Assembly (NCBI GenBank): GCA_021613535.1
Contig: CP075497.1
Span: forward strand, 13,392,001-13,456,000
From: Adineta vaga
Taxonomy: Eukaryota; Animalia; Rotifera
DNA length: 64,000 bases
Reading direction: 5' to 3'
This document shows positions 1 to 13,534 of the stretch, in pieces. A program made the position numbers and the translations under genes. The notes under the pieces are model-generated. The model saw nothing but the letters and a program-made list of their open reading frames with translations. It was not told where the DNA came from and did no database searches. Position 1 is the stretch's first letter. Every line of letters starts with the position of its first letter.

Positions 1-2556
1 TTTGCAAATAAATCGTTTTTTCCATAGAAATACTAATAATGATAAAATCCAGATAATTGCAAATGTAAGAAATAATCCACTCATTGAATCAATTCCCATT
101 GCAGTAGACTCTTCCTCTGTTGCCGGACACGTGCGAGATTCGAACCATTTTACTCTTAAATTTTCCAACACACCTGCTTCTCTTAATGCTAAAATATTAA
201 CATCTAAATCTTTAGCATATAACCATTGTTTAGGTGTAACAATACCAATTACACCCTTATTAAAACCTTGTCCAACTATTGTTAAATTACAATAAATATT
301 ATTGGTAACATATTGTCCAGTAGGCATAGCTATGAAAGCAGCATCAATAGTATCCAAGAATAAACTATCGTATAAATGTTGTATATTTTTTATTGCATAA
401 AAATTTCGATTTCCATTAGAGACTTCTCGTAAGTAAAAATCTACATGAGCCGACCCTGAGAGAATACCAATACGATTAAATGAAATTTTTCCCTTTTTAA
501 TATCATCAAGGCCTTCAATAATACTTTGCGACTTCTTGATTGTTAAATCAGATGCTAAATTAGCAGTATAAGACGCCACTAAGACTAAACATAACAGATA
601 CAAACCAATAGTTAATAATCGTCCAGCAGCTGTTTTCACATGATAATCAACTCCATATCCCATTACTGTTCCAATTGAATACCATAAACTCATTACACCT
701 GCAGAAGGAATTGATCTTTCTTGTAATGAGTCATTATCATGTTTCTCTAATAGACAAAGTGAAATACTTGCTAAAACACATGCACCTAAAACCATTAACC
801 ATAGATTTGGTGAAAATGGTTTTAAATATGATAATAATTCAATCGTAGTAGCAGATTCTTTTCGCATTATAATACATAGTGCATGATCAAATATAGGACT
901 AGAAAATCCAGCAATTTCTCTTCGTGCACTAGTAATTGCGAGATCAGTAACGACAATATCATAAACACCATCGGCTGCTAACTGAACTAACTGAGTATAA
1001 GTCATATTTGACGGCGCTATTCGAATATCTGGAATAAATCCCATTCGACTACGTAGAAGTTCGATTAACTCAGGTAAATAACCAATTAATTTTGTTACAT
1101 TTTTTCCAGATGAATCTAGGATAGTATCTTGTTTTGTGAATGGTGGTGTTTCAAATACAGCAATCCGTAAAGTAACACCTGCAAGTTTTGCTTGATCCAT
1201 TGGAATAGTCAATGAATTACCGGGCCAACTGATAATATTCGCTCCTGCCAGTGAATATCCTGTCCAATCATATGGATATGCATATTTTAACACAGGAGTA
1301 AAAAGAATATCATTTGCACTGTATTGAATATTTTGTGCATAATAATATGAACCATTGATTCGATCAGTTGTATTTCCACTAAATCGTATAGGACCTGAAA
1401 CTCCAACAAACTCTATTGAATTAATTGTATTCAACATTGAATTAGAATGAATAAAGTGACGATCAAAACAATATGATGATCCAGTAAATGATAAACATGA
1501 CTGATTTTGAGTTGTGGCACAAAGCTTTTGTAATGATAGAATTAATGACCATGTAGCATCAAATGCAAATAATGCATATGGGTTGACTTTGGTTGGATCA
1601 GGCACTGTTTCTGGTTCATATTGTTGCCAAAGTTGATAGGCAGCATTTAACAATGTTGTATTGATTGGTGCATCAACGATACTTCCTGTAGCAGGTTCAA
1701 TACTCAACATACCAACTAATTTGTCATACAATGATCGATTAAATGAAGTAAGTGGAACAGTTCCACGAACTATCCAAGTAAATTGTGGACCAAGAACATC
1801 AGAATCAAGAGCATTTTGTAAAACTAATTGTGTAAATTGTGCTGAAACCCATAGAACAACAATTCGAGCTGCACTATTCCTTAACAAACTTTTTAAATCA
1901 CCTCTAATCTTTAATGTATCAATATCAAAGACAATCGAATTTTGAATAATGAGATTATATTTAGTAAATGTTTCACTCACAACCTTGAATCTACCGTCAC
2001 CCAATACATCATTTTGATAAATAATGATACATGATGTCCAATTATATCGAAGAAATAATTTAATAATCGCGTGTGCAGCTGTATTGTCTGAAGGAACTGT
2101 TCGATAAAAAGTGTGATAAGTATAACGATCTGAGAGAGCAGGATCAGTTACAGAATATGAAATAACAGGTATACCAATTTTTTTAGCGAAAGTAGCAACT
2201 TGATGAGCATCTTGAGAATATGCTGGACCAATAATACCAACAATGTTTGAAGAAGAAACTGCTTGACATGTTTGACTAAGAACATTAATTACATCTCCAT
2301 CAGTTTGTACTGATTGATATTGTATGAGTTGGCCTTCAATAGTGATATTATATTGTTGGGAAAGTATGATAGCTGCTTGAAACATCGCACGAGAATGAAC
2401 AGAGAATTCGGAAGTTTCATTTGCATTTCCTGCGTTTGGAAAAAGACCTAATAGTGTGGCATTAGAGGTGCTTGTTGGTGGCCATATTGCCATTGCATAA
2501 TATTGAATATGTAGAATGTAAAATAATAACCATCGAACGTAATAGGAATGTATCAT
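1..2556 (-). CDS. Ionotropic glutamate receptor with K+-channel-type selectivity filter (AvGluR1-like); 3' end runs off the window
   Basis: Manual translation from ATG at 2556: signal peptide MIHSYYVRWLLFYILH, then an ANF/LIVBP-like ATD (VGIIGPAYS..IPVISYSVTDPALSDR..FYRTVPSD), pore SLWYSIGTVMGYG and M3 gate SYTANLAS in the same frame. Absent from the ORF track, probably because no stop lies inside the window. Confidence 0.92.
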   Translation of the reverse strand, partial: MIHSYYVRWLLFYILHIQYYAMAIWPPTSTSNATLLGLFPNAGNANETSEFSVHSRAMFQAAIILSQQYNITIEGQLIQYQSVQTDGDVINVLSQTCQAVSSSNIVGIIGPAYSQDAHQVATFAKKIGIPVISYSVTDPALSDRYTYHTFYRTVPSDNTAAHAIIKLFLRYNWTSCIIIYQNDVLGDGRFKVVSETFTKYNLIIQNSIVFDIDTLKIRGDLKSLLRNSAARIVVLWVSAQFTQLVLQNALDSDVLGPQFTWIVRGTVPLTSFNRSLYDKLVGMLSIEPATGSIVDAPINTTLLNAAYQLWQQYEPETVPDPTKVNPYALFAFDATWSLILSLQKLCATTQNQSCLSFTGSSYCFDRHFIHSNSMLNTINSIEFVGVSGPIRFSGNTTDRINGSYYYAQNIQYSANDILFTPVLKYAYPYDWTGYSLAGANIISWPGNSLTIPMDQAKLAGVTLRIAVFETPPFTKQDTILDSSGKNVTKLIGYLPELIELLRSRMGFIPDIRIAPSNMTYTQLVQLAADGVYDIVVTDLAITSARREIAGFSSPIFDHALCIIMRKESATTIELLSYLKPFSPNLWLMVLGACVLASISLCLLEKHDNDSLQERSIPSAGVMSLWYSIGTVMGYGVDYHVKTAAGRLLTIGLYLLCLVLVASYTANLASDLTIKKSQSIIEGLDDIKKGKISFNRIGILSGSAHVDFYLREVSNGNRNFYAIKNIQHLYDSLFLDTIDAAFIAMPTGQYVTNNIYCNLTIVGQGFNKGVIGIVTPKQWLYAKDLDVNILALREAGVLENLRVKWFESRTCPATEEESTAMGIDSMSGLFLTFAIIWILSLLVFLWKKRFICK

Positions 2557-3341
2557 TATTATATTTGAGCGAATGAATTCAATGTATAAAAGTTTCATAT
2601 AAAAAACAAATCAAAAGACGCCATTTTTATTAGAATATGAAAATGTTTATTTGCTCATATAACCCGTAGTTGCATTATATGTGATTATTGTCAATAGAGT
2701 GTTTAATTCACTATGAAAATGAAAAAAAGATTTTTCATAGTAAATCAAGCATCTTATTGACGATAATCATATATAATCAAACCACGGGCTATATGAATGA
2801 TTTTGCCTCATTTAACATGAATAACACATTAAGATGTTTACCAAGCAATATTTTCGAATATTAAATGATTCAAAAGTAAATAATAACGAATAAAATGATA
2901 TTCCATTATCAATCCAATAATAAAAATAACAAAAAATGCTGTAAAACACTCGATATTACCAATAAATAAATCAATAAGCATGAAGAAAGATGCAGTTGTA
3001 TGCAAGTTCACCACGGTATGTAAAACTGCATTTATCCATAATATTCATCTCCAGCAAAATAATTACAACAGATATCTCTGAAGTATTTTAAATACATCTT
3101 TTATATCAAGAAAAAATATATTTCTAACGTTAAATGTGTAATTGTACTGTTTAATTTAGTTGAAATATATTTACAGCACAAACTGTCAAATTTCAATTTC
3201 TATCATGTGAGCAATCATAGCAATAGCTGTGAATCAGATTGAAATTACAGTAGAATTAGTTTTTATATCTTTTTTTGTATTGAACAAAAGAAGAATTTGA
3301 CCAAGACAAGATAGTAAATCAGTAAATGTTGTTAATGAAAG

Positions 3342-4200
3342 TTATAATGATTCATATAGATTAGGAAAACGAGCAAAATAATACATTTTGTCGCTTTTGT
3401 ACAAACAATCTTTTTCAATGACATTGTTAGCATATACATAATCATATTCATCGTCTGACATATGATCATAGATTATATGTTCATTGATGTATGTTTTGGA
3501 TTTGAAAGTTATAGTATCGTAATACGTATCTTGCAATGATTGTACCTTTAATATATGTAAATTTTGTGATTCAATGTAAAAAATAGTTTTAATTAGACCA
3601 TATTTTGTAACATTCTGATATTTATAAACTACACAAGCATTTGTAAATGTAGTTGATTTGGAGCAGGTCAGTGTTGAAAGAACTGAACCATTATGTACAA
3701 CTATAGAAATATGGAAAATGAATGATTTATGATGATGAATTAATTTATATTGAAAATCAATATATATATATATATGTGTAGATCTCAAAATAACAAATGC
3801 TTACTTGATTTCACAAGTTTCACATCGCCTCTTATTATGAAGCCTTTATTCAATGAATTTAAGTCTTGTATAGATATGGATTCGTTTGACATACGTTGTT
3901 TATTCATAGAAATCTTTCCTGACTTCACATATTCAACAGGTGGAACTAGTTCCGATGATATACAATGATGGTTTGATATGTAATAAGCTTTGGTAAATAA
4001 TCCAAGATTTATTGATAATTCAGTACCAGTTCGTTTTGTTCCATGAATTGATAAAGATCAACAACCTAATCATAAATATAAAACAAACAAAAACAATAAG
4101 ATAAATCTTTTATTTATATATATACTTACCAACGACACTTTCATAATTAAACGTACTATAATTAGACAGAGGACTAAAATCTTCTGTTGTTGTAACAAAC
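3342..4200 (-). mobile_element. Degenerate CACTA/EnSpm-like transposase C-terminal remnant
   Basis: Minus-strand DFSPLSNYSTFNYESVVG, SIHGTKRTG and NACVVYKYQNVTKYGLIKTIF segments resemble the EnSpm-type transposase C-terminus. Broken frames. Confidence 0.55.
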
Positions 4201-4202
4201 GG

Positions 4203-4248
4203 TGAGGATATGAGTGTGGAAATAACTACCATTACTAGTTTCATCTCA
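4203..4248. repeat. Degenerate telomere-like inverted-repeat element (mainly left arm)
   Basis: TGAGGATATGAGTGTGG directly adjacent to the transposase remnant. Confidence 0.45.
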
Positions 4249-5647
4249 GCTACGAGGATCTACGGATGGTTTGTATTTTCAACGATCAAAGATCATTAGA
4301 GAATTTTAAATCTAACTATTACAAAATTTTAAACAAATTTCTGCAATGTGGCCTGATTGTTATGTACTTCAAATGAACACAAATATTTTCTCAATAGATC
4401 GATAGAATGTTACTTGGTATGGATGTGCTTGAGGTGCGATATCATGTTTGAAGAAGAATCTTAGTTTAGTGGTTAACAGAAATACTGCCAGAACGAAAGA
4501 GAGTTGAATAATATCCTGAAAATTGCTTAAGGGACGTGTGATATTGCTTCCAAATTCTGTGATGAAAAATAATTAAAAACTAAAATAATTATTTGCATCC
4601 CGTATATATCTGACAAGATCTATATGAATAACAAGTCATTGATGTCTTTTTTATCTGAAGACAGAGGATTTTAAATATTGATTTATTCTTTAATGGAAGA
4701 AAGAAAGAAAAAAGTATTTGCGATTTAGTTGCACAAGAAAAAGTGAAAACATGTTCAATCACACCCATATAACTACCAATTATTTGCTCCTTGTTAAACG
4801 CGTCAAATAGGAGCAAATGGTCGGTTCAAATTGTGACACCAAACGAGATCATATGCACGACTATATCATCGTTCGGGATTACTACAAATTGGACAAATCA
4901 TATTGAGTTTTGTTTCACCATGAATAATAAAAAATGTTTCAATTCGATAACGTAAGAGTTTTGAACAACTCTCTGGTACTCAATAAATATATGAGGATCA
5001 TTTGAATAAAATCGTCAATATGTGATGTAGCTAGTCGATCATCTACTCCTTTAAAACGGCACGAAGAAGCACCAAAGAATAGAGGCACATCACCGGATCC
5101 AACTTTATCAGAACAGAAGATAGCATCAGCATTATCGTCTAAACGAGAAGGAGAAAAACAAGATCAAATAGTAAGATGAATATTTGGTTAATATGAATTT
5201 GAACATATAGCTGAATGATTACTTTTTGTTGTACAAGATACGCTACTGGTAACAGCAAATAGTCAATTCTTCTATTCACCAATGTATCGAAGATATTTTG
5301 GTTTAACACCTCCTAATCCTCGATTATGTAATCCTCGTCTACTCGAGGACTACATTGATTGGTATCTTAATGTCTATTTGGAAGAAGAACTTCTATGGAA
5401 ATGGGTATGATGAAAGGAATTTTAAAAATAGGAAAATCGTAAAACTAACCAACAGAAAAACATATAAATAATTATGTTTCTTTTATTCATAAAAGAATAA
5501 ACATTGATTTATACTAGATTTCAGTTGGTCGTGGTAGCTCATGTGTATTTGTCTTGAAATGAGGACGATACGACAGTATTTTTATTCGTATATAATATAG
5601 TCAATATGTTCTATGTGAATATTATATGATACTGCGTACATAAAGCC

Positions 5648-5700
5648 ACCTGAAGAGGTCTTTGAGCAAGGTCGAAACCTCAAGATAATATTGACATGCA
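5648..5700 (+). ncRNA. Degenerate hammerhead ribozyme-like motif
   Basis: CTGAAGA-GGTCTT..AAGGTC-GAAAC followed by a TCAA..TTGA hairpin. Lies next to a Penelope-like RT fragment. The cleavage triplet looks mutated. Confidence 0.45.
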
Positions 5701-5741
5701 TAAACTGTTTGTTTAACTATGACTGACAGTGAAGATTGGTT

Positions 5742-6365
5742 TCAGTCGCTAAGCACTATAGTTAATGTAAGAAGGGAACCCATAGCTCCCCCTCTTATTT
5801 GATGATAATATTGATTATTGTAAAAGTAGTTATTGTTTATAACAAATCGAGCCAAACGAATAATAGCTTCAGCTTTTAAACCGTCGATTTGTTTAATATT
5901 TAAATAATCTAATATTTTCTTTAAAGATAATACACCTTCAACTTGTGGAATCATAGTATAAAGATCAGCCACGTCAATGGTACATAAGATTGTTTCTTGT
6001 TTTAAATTAGTTGAAGACCAATGTTTAACTTGTTTAAGTAATTCATAACCAGAAGTAACTGTTATTTTCTTGGCCATTTGATCAAATAATGGTCTTAATA
6101 AAGTGTGGAGAAACTTGGAGATTTCTATTGTTGGATGATTTAATCCAGATATAATTGGTCGAAGTGATGTTCCTGGCTGGTGTGCTTTTGGAAGATAATA
6201 GAGATGAGCTAATTCAGCTTCATCTACTTTAACACACAGTTGTTCATATTGCTTTTGAATAAGCCATTTAGCCAAACATAAATCTAATAAATATTTATTG
6301 ATACCAATAATGAGATCAGGTAATGAATTTTTAGTACCAATACATTGATAAGCTTGAGTCTTCCT
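5742..6365 (-). mobile_element. Penelope-like (Athena/Terminon-type) reverse transcriptase fragment
   Basis: LYYLPKAH.PGT.LRPIISG, TIDVADLYTMIPQ and YYHQIRGGAMGS are PLE RT motifs. Truncated before the catalytic YxDD. Confidence 0.85.
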
Positions 6366-6432
6366 TAATGTAATATTGATTAATCGAAATTTATATTTTG
6401 ATCCTTTTACTGTTCGATGATAATTTTTCTTA

Positions 6433-6448
6433 TGAGGGTGAGAGTGAG
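6433..6448. repeat. Telomere-like element, left arm only
   Basis: TGAGGGTGAGAGTGAG about 70 bp from the break point of the RT fragment. Confidence 0.5.
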
Positions 6449-6873
6449 ATCGGCTGCCATGACTGGTTTCACGTCGGCTAAGACGCTTAACGAATGGCTT
6501 ATCTATTTCGAATTCTTGTTAAAATTGACAAAGGAATTGATTTGTAATGTTTTGTTGATATTATAATTAAGACTGATTTTAGATAAGAAAGAGAGGACTA
6601 CTGCAAAGATCATATTGAAAAAAGTTTTATCTCAAACAGAAATAAAAGACAAGAGATTCAAGCTTTCGTGTTCGAACTAAACACATCATCAATAGTGACC
6701 TTGTGACATATCTATTAAGTTAAATGAGTATTTTAATATAAATTAAGGAGATATAAACAAAAAGTATGAATGTTAATCTAGTTGATGTTTTTGATGTTAT
6801 AAATATTATTGTTCTTATTCTTATTATTTTCGTTTCTGTTATTTATTATTTTTTTATACTATTTATACATTTT

Positions 6874-7113
6874 TTAGGGTGTAGGTGTAATGAACGATTG
6901 AACACCTGCGTCCATCCTTTGAGGTCTGTAGACAGGAAGGTAATTACTTTGTTCCGTATTTTCGTCGGGAACAGAAGAGGGACTTTCAAAAATGACCTTT
7001 CGGAGATAAAGTTTAAGAAAACTCATTCTTCGAGATCTTTTTATTTTTGATTAATCTCTTGAACATCCTGATTTTACGGCACACATTCACACACATCCTC
7101 ACCATCACCTTCA
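6874..7113. repeat. Telomere-like inverted-repeat element with long spacer
   Basis: TTAGGGTGTAGGTGT at 6874 and CACATTCACACACATCCTCA at 7082-7101. Confidence 0.55.
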
Positions 7114-7189
7114 TATTAATACAGTCAATCTTTCCAGATCAATTAAGAGTCTAGTTTAATATAGCCATATTCAGCACGACAGAAAACAA

Positions 7190-10100
7190 TTGATGTGGTG
7201 GACTAGATTAAAAACATTCGTGCGTACGTATAATGCTTTTCCTGAGCGTGAAGATCATGCTATTGATGAATATCAAACTCGAACACAGATTCTTTCTACT
7301 CGAATCTATATTATTGCACTACTGGTATGTCTACTTGCACTCGTCCTTACAAAATCGTTTGCTTTTAACACGACGAATCCTGTCACTCTCGAGTATCCCT
7401 CACTTCAACAATTCAATGCATTAGATAATCCACAATGTTCATGCTCAAATGTTGCCATTCCCTATTCGGCATTTATTTCATTTGAGCCCCGACTGCATTC
7501 GGTTTGCTCCAGTGATTTTGTAACAAGTCAATGGATTGAATTCATCAGTCAAAAAGATTACTCTACCTTCTATTGGCCTTTTGATTTTCGTGCAACGGGA
7601 AGCGTTCAATTTCAAGCTCTCGCTTCTTTCTGTAATCTTTCACGAGTATTCATTGAGCAAAATCTGGCAAAATTTCTTACGACTCAACTGATTAATGTAA
7701 ACGTCATTTCATCATCAGTTCTACAATTTCAAATAAATGTAGTTGTCAATGAATTTAAAGTGAGCGTTGTAGACATATTTTATCGTCAACGGTACTTGAC
7801 CGAACAGATGATTATAAACAACCTGTGTTATTCTAGTCTAGAAACAGGACTCGTAGTTTTCGCTGGTAAGGGAGTCAATGGATTTGGAGCTGGCAGTACT
7901 ATTCTCAGATACCAACAGACAATTAGCTCTCCTCTCTGCTCATGTCGCTTACAAACTTGTCACGTTTTGTCTGGCATATACGATCCAATCAAAGAAATTC
8001 AACTATATCCTGACATTTTCATTTTGCGACCCTATCAGACGAATTTGCAAATGTTTATACCAGGGCTAATTTCTTCATGTTATCCCTCGCAGTCATTACT
8101 GTTTTCAACACTCGAATGTTTTTACGAGCAATCATGTGTGAACAACTTAACTTCGTTCATTCCTTATGTCACTGTCAATAATCATTCTCGTCCTTATTTT
8201 ACGGCGTTACAACTGCCAACCAATAATACCGACAACCAGCCAGAGAACAGAACAGTTAGAGCCCTTGTTAATAATTTGATGCTTGAAACATGGACAGCGA
8301 CCAATATATCACACGAAAACTATTTTGTCACATGTGCTCCATCTGCTTGTATCTATTACGTTACTAAACGAAACGATTTCTTTGATGTTTTTACAACATT
8401 TGTTAGTTTCTATGGTGGTTTAACTATTGCTTTACGTCTGTTGGTACCGTCTATAGTCAAAAGATTCCGACGACGACAACAACAACAAAAAGTAGAATTA
8501 CAGTCGCCATCAACATCAATGCTAAATTTCGGTAAATATCAAGCGCTAGAGAACTAAATAATTCTCCATAAAAAAAATTCAGCAATAATTATTAAATGTT
8601 TTTAGTCATTCTCAAGTATTCTTCGAGCACAGTTATGTTATAGCATCAAAGGCCATTCGTTTTTTGTGCTAGTAGCTTGTGAACATTTCTAAGAGAGAAA
8701 CTATTTTTCTTCAAGTTCTTAAACAAAAATCCTTAAAAGCTCAGTTTCAATCTTAAAATGGTATCTTTTCCTTTTAAGTGGAGAATCTACTAACATTTGT
8801 CTTCTGAAACTTTTCAGGTGTAATTCATCGGTGTGCACTGATTGCTAAAACGAAAGAATTTTTTGTTACTCTCAGCATATTTCGTAAACCTCAAGACGAT
8901 CCGGCCGATGCTCAACTTGTTCTGGATCAACGTCTGTCGACACGTCTCTTCTTTTCCTTCTACTTACTGCTCTCTCTATATTTGTTACGTATTCTTTTGC
9001 TACAGTCGAAAATCGACAAGAAACTCTTCTTCAACCTACTGAAAAGCAAGTGATTAGTCTTCAAAAACTTTATCCCATCTCTCTCTCATGTCTTTGCTCT
9101 CATACTTCGATGACATACAATGTGCTCGTTTCAATGGAACCATACTATCATCAAATATGCTCAAGTGCCTTCGTCGATAACTCATGGATCAAGTACGTTA
9201 CTGCATTTAACATTCGAAATGTTACACCCGGTCTTGTGGCTGCTGATTTCCGGCTTTCAGCTAGTAGCTTTTTTCAATTATTGCAGACATTATGTGTCTT
9301 TGCTCAACAAACAACGAAAGTTAGCCAACAGATTTTCTTGCAAACAGAATTGATAAGTACGCAAGTTATTGAACAATCACTGTTTGAAGCGAAGATGCAA
9401 ACGGCCATTCGTGAATGGCAAACAGCAACAATAAATACCTTTATACGTGATCAACAGCTTATTCGTGCCATTTTCCAAGGAAATCAAATCTTAGCCGGTT
9501 ACAGTGGAAGTTTTAATTTAGTAAGATTAACTAGAATATAGAAATTCTTATGGAAGATTACACTACCTTCGCTATTTTAGAACTACTTATCAACTGGTCA
9601 AGTGTTTCCATCCCCAGCATATATTGCAATGCAACCGTACAAGAATACAAAATATCAGAGAGTAAGACCAAACATTCTTTTATTTTTTTTTTCTATTCTT
9701 TTATTCACTAATCGTTCGTAATAATGTATTTCTGCATTCCCTACAAAAGCTGAATCTTTTCACTCCAAAAATATAGGCGTCTGCCAAATTTTTTTGTGGA
9801 TTCTACTGTTCGATACAACATAGAACTCGGCAAAATGATTCTGCCATCTGAAGGATAGATGTGAGTGTCGATCTCGTATTCACACTAACATCCACATCCT
9901 CCATGGCGTGGAGATAGTGATATTCTTAAGTAATGACAGAGTGCGCATGAGCTTCGCCACCAGTAACGTGCCGGTTTACTCTGATTTATTCGATGCTAGT
10001 TTAATGGGCATATTTGTCCAATACAAATTTGAATAAGAGCGGCTCTCAGTGCTTTTGAAAGAGTTTTAGAAGCATTCGTACTCAAGATTTAGTGTCGAAA

Positions 10101-13007
10101 ATATTGTAAAAGCAATCTATTGTAGAATAGTACTGTGTGTCAATGTGCTACTGATCAGACATGTAGATCGGAGTCATGTTTTATAAACTTCAACAGTAGC
10201 AACGACATTATATTTGTGTACGTATTGCCGGGCATATATGTGGGATGTTATCAGATCAACAGTCTGTTTCAATCGACACTCGAATGTTTCTACAATCAAA
10301 CGTGTCTCAACATGATACAACTCAATTCTGGATATTCTATCAATGAATCCCAATTTCCTCTTCTTAATTCAACTTCGAATATAATCAATGAAACAGTAAG
10401 AAATACTTTCTTTCTTCCTAATTTTTCATGTATATTCCTAGATCGAATCGATTGTCAATCGCTTGATGATCGATAATTGGCGAACAACTGTCAATTTTTC
10501 CGCCTATTTTAAGTCTTGTGCTCCGTCATTTTGCACTTACCAATATACACAACATCATAGTTTCACCTATGTGATTCTTACTGTTGTCGGCATCTTCGGT
10601 GGACCAATAACAGCATTAAAATTTTCCGTTCCAATCGCCGTTCGAATCTTTCGCACGATGAAAACAGGTACTGACAACGAAGTGTGTATTTATGTTGTGT
10701 GGAAAATGTGTATTTGACATGAAATTGTTTGAGATAAAGATCTTAACTTGATGTTAGTGTTAGAATTGCAGAAAAAGTGCGCTGAATGCTTTGACATTAA
10801 GGTCCAATTATTATTATTATTAGCATACCCATAATGTTGATGAATTATTAGACAAAAAGAGTGATAGTTTGCATCATTCTGTTTTAGAATTCGATTTTCA
10901 CTGACAGATCGTCGTCTTTCTGTTTGGAGGAACCAACAATGCTAGTATTATGCTAAAACTGATATACCATTAATGTCAAAGTATTAGATCAATTTTTTAA
11001 TGCCAAAAAGAACAATGACCCAACATATATGAGAACTTGAACGTGCATCTTCATCTATTTGTGGAAATGTCACAGCTTCAGCAGAAAATCTCGTATCTTT
11101 GGAGTATAAAGAGAGAGCGCGTCTGCTAACTTTCATACAGTATAACTCCACTCGAAACAAAAAGCATTCAATTATTTTTAATTCTAATACAAATGTATCT
11201 GCATTTCGTCAACATTGATACTTTAGTAATACGCCTAGTTAAAAATACACTTCCGATGGTTCATCTTTCTTTCCTTTTAAAAGCTATCAATTTCTATTTT
11301 AACAGGCAGAAATCCAACATCACCCGGACTCCGTAGACAAATTCGAATGTTCTTCGTTTCATATAATTTATTCTTTAAAATCAATTCAAATGAACTTCAA
11401 CTACGAGTGCAACGTCAAATGACATGGTTCTACCTGTCTATTTTTACAATGACGTGCACCATTGTTTTTCTCTCATTAGCCCTTCGGTTACATGTAAACG
11501 TAGTATCGGTTTCGTCACCGTCCCTTACCGATTATCACAAGCTAGAGACTATTACAAGTCTTCAGTGTTCCTGTTCACGTTTAGCTATTCGATATTCATC
11601 GTTTCTTTCAATGGAACCACCCACCTATCATCAAGTATGTTCATCGGATTTTGTGTCGCAAAGATGGATTCTCCATATGTTCTCGACAAACATGAACCCG
11701 CCTGTAAGTGTACTGTGCTTATAAGTTGAATAAGCCTTCTCCCATAGTTTTTATGTAGAATTTCCTGAAATACGGAAAGCTGATTTCTATCTTCTGGAAA
11801 AGCCCTTTTTACATGAAGAACAGACTAAAACTTTGATGATAAAATCATTTGTTTTATATGAGTATAACATCTGCTCTGCATATGAGAATATTGGTATAGA
11901 TTTGGGTGTAAGTCGGAGCAAAAATTAAAATAATATGGCCCCCATACCTTGCGTACTTCAATAAAATCCCAAATGTTTTAAATGTGACCTCTTTCAAAAG
12001 ATGAAAAATAGATTCCCGTACTGAGCCACATGCACTCTATCAGAGCCTATATACAAATTCTGAAGATAAATCGTTTGTCGAAGTTCCCAATTGTTGACAT
12101 CTCACTTGATAAAACTTTGTAGAATACATCGCTTAATTATATCGAACCTTGGCCTCACCTGTTCGACTTTCGATCGATCGCTACCTATCAATTTCGACTT
12201 TTGGCTAGTTTTTGTGATTTGATAAACTCAACTGTCACCGCCGCATTAGAACAGCTGGTATCACAAGATTTCGTCAGTGCTCTCCTTCTTCCTGAGTTTC
12301 AATTTATCAGTCAAATCACTTCTCTTTTTGAACAATTGAAGCAAAGTACAGCCTCTACGTTCCTCGCCAGTCTCCGTTTGATTCGAGCGCATATGCATAA
12401 TGATGCACTTATGACTATGCCATCAAGCAATTGGCAGTTTATTGATATGAATGCAACAGAATTTACGAAAGTTCACACCAAACCCGTGCTCTATGGTGAA
12501 CCCACAGCAAACTGCTCTTGTGCTCTCACACCACTTTGCGTACAACCAGCTCGAATTGACGGAAATGTCATCCTTCCTGGCCTAATGGTTGGTTGTTTTC
12601 CTTTAGAATCTCTTCTTCAATCGACCCTTGAACTTCTATATAATCAAACGCTTGTCGACTTCATATCAAACAGTAACAATGCTACTTTTAAAGCTCTAGT
12701 ATCAGGAACTCAAGATCAACCCAACGTAACAACAGTCGAATCCATGTTGTCTGAACTTATGGTAGAACAATGGAAAACAATAACAAACTTGACATCTTAT
12801 GCGGATTATTATGCTCAATGTTCACCATCATTCTGCTCATACACATACATTAGTCGACAAGATTTACTTGCGAGTATCACAAGTTTAATAGCATTTATTG
12901 GGGGTTTCTCGGTTGGAGCCAGAATTGCCATGCCATTTCTCATCAGATTCGTCCAGCTGATCAAACGACGACGAATGCGAGTTCATTCAGCTGTTCCAGA
13001 GTATTAG
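7190..13007 (+). CDS. Multi-exon Cys-rich multi-pass membrane protein with three repeated TM-ectodomain-TM modules
   Basis: ORFs 7190, 9050, 10135, 10463, 11347 and 12201 repeat the motifs C.CS..I.Y..F..P..HQ.CSS.FV..WI, STLECFY.Q.C and Y...CAP..C.Y, joined by GT-AG introns. Confidence 0.8.
9849..9903. repeat. Telomere-like inverted-repeat element (intronic)
   Basis: TGAAGGATAGATGTGAGTGT..CACACTAACATCCACATCCTCCA. Confidence 0.7.
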
Positions 13008-13495
13008 CGATCGTCACGAGCAGAGAAAACTCAATGATTGAATAAAACGAAAATTTGAAAGCCTGGAGAGAAAACAAAAAAGAAACACGACAGACTGAAC
13101 TGATCAAAAAATTATTTTCTGTTGTTTTTAATGTTGTCTGCATTTCTATAAAAGAAGTCTGCAATAAGATCATATCTGAAAAGCGAAAATACAATATTTT
13201 GTTGTATCTAATCTGGCTTGTGTATCGTACTCATTTTCACTTTACTATTTGTTGTCGTTGTATCATTTCTATTCATTGCCTAATAAATAATACAGTAATC
13301 ACCAACTGGTTTTCAAATACATATGTTTGAACTTCTATGGAAATTGCTTCTGCTCCATTTGTATATCATCTTGTTTCTTTTTTGTTCTTCTGGAGTATAA
13401 GTGCTACAATATACATGAAAGAAACCAAATAAGGACAAACTATTACGTGTTATAAGAAATTAGAAGAGATAGTACGAAGAAAATCAGTAATGTTA

Positions 13496-13520
13496 CTACA
13501 CCCATATCTATAATCTCAAT
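13496..13520. repeat. Degenerate telomere-like element, right arm
   Basis: CTACACCCATATCTATAATCTCAA just beyond the 3' end of the ARH pseudogene. Confidence 0.35.
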
Positions 13521-13534
13521 TTGAATTGCTATAT

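Noticed and set aside
2-1945. Plus-strand ORFs 2-295 and 1661-1945
   Set aside because: They are antisense to the glutamate receptor CDS.
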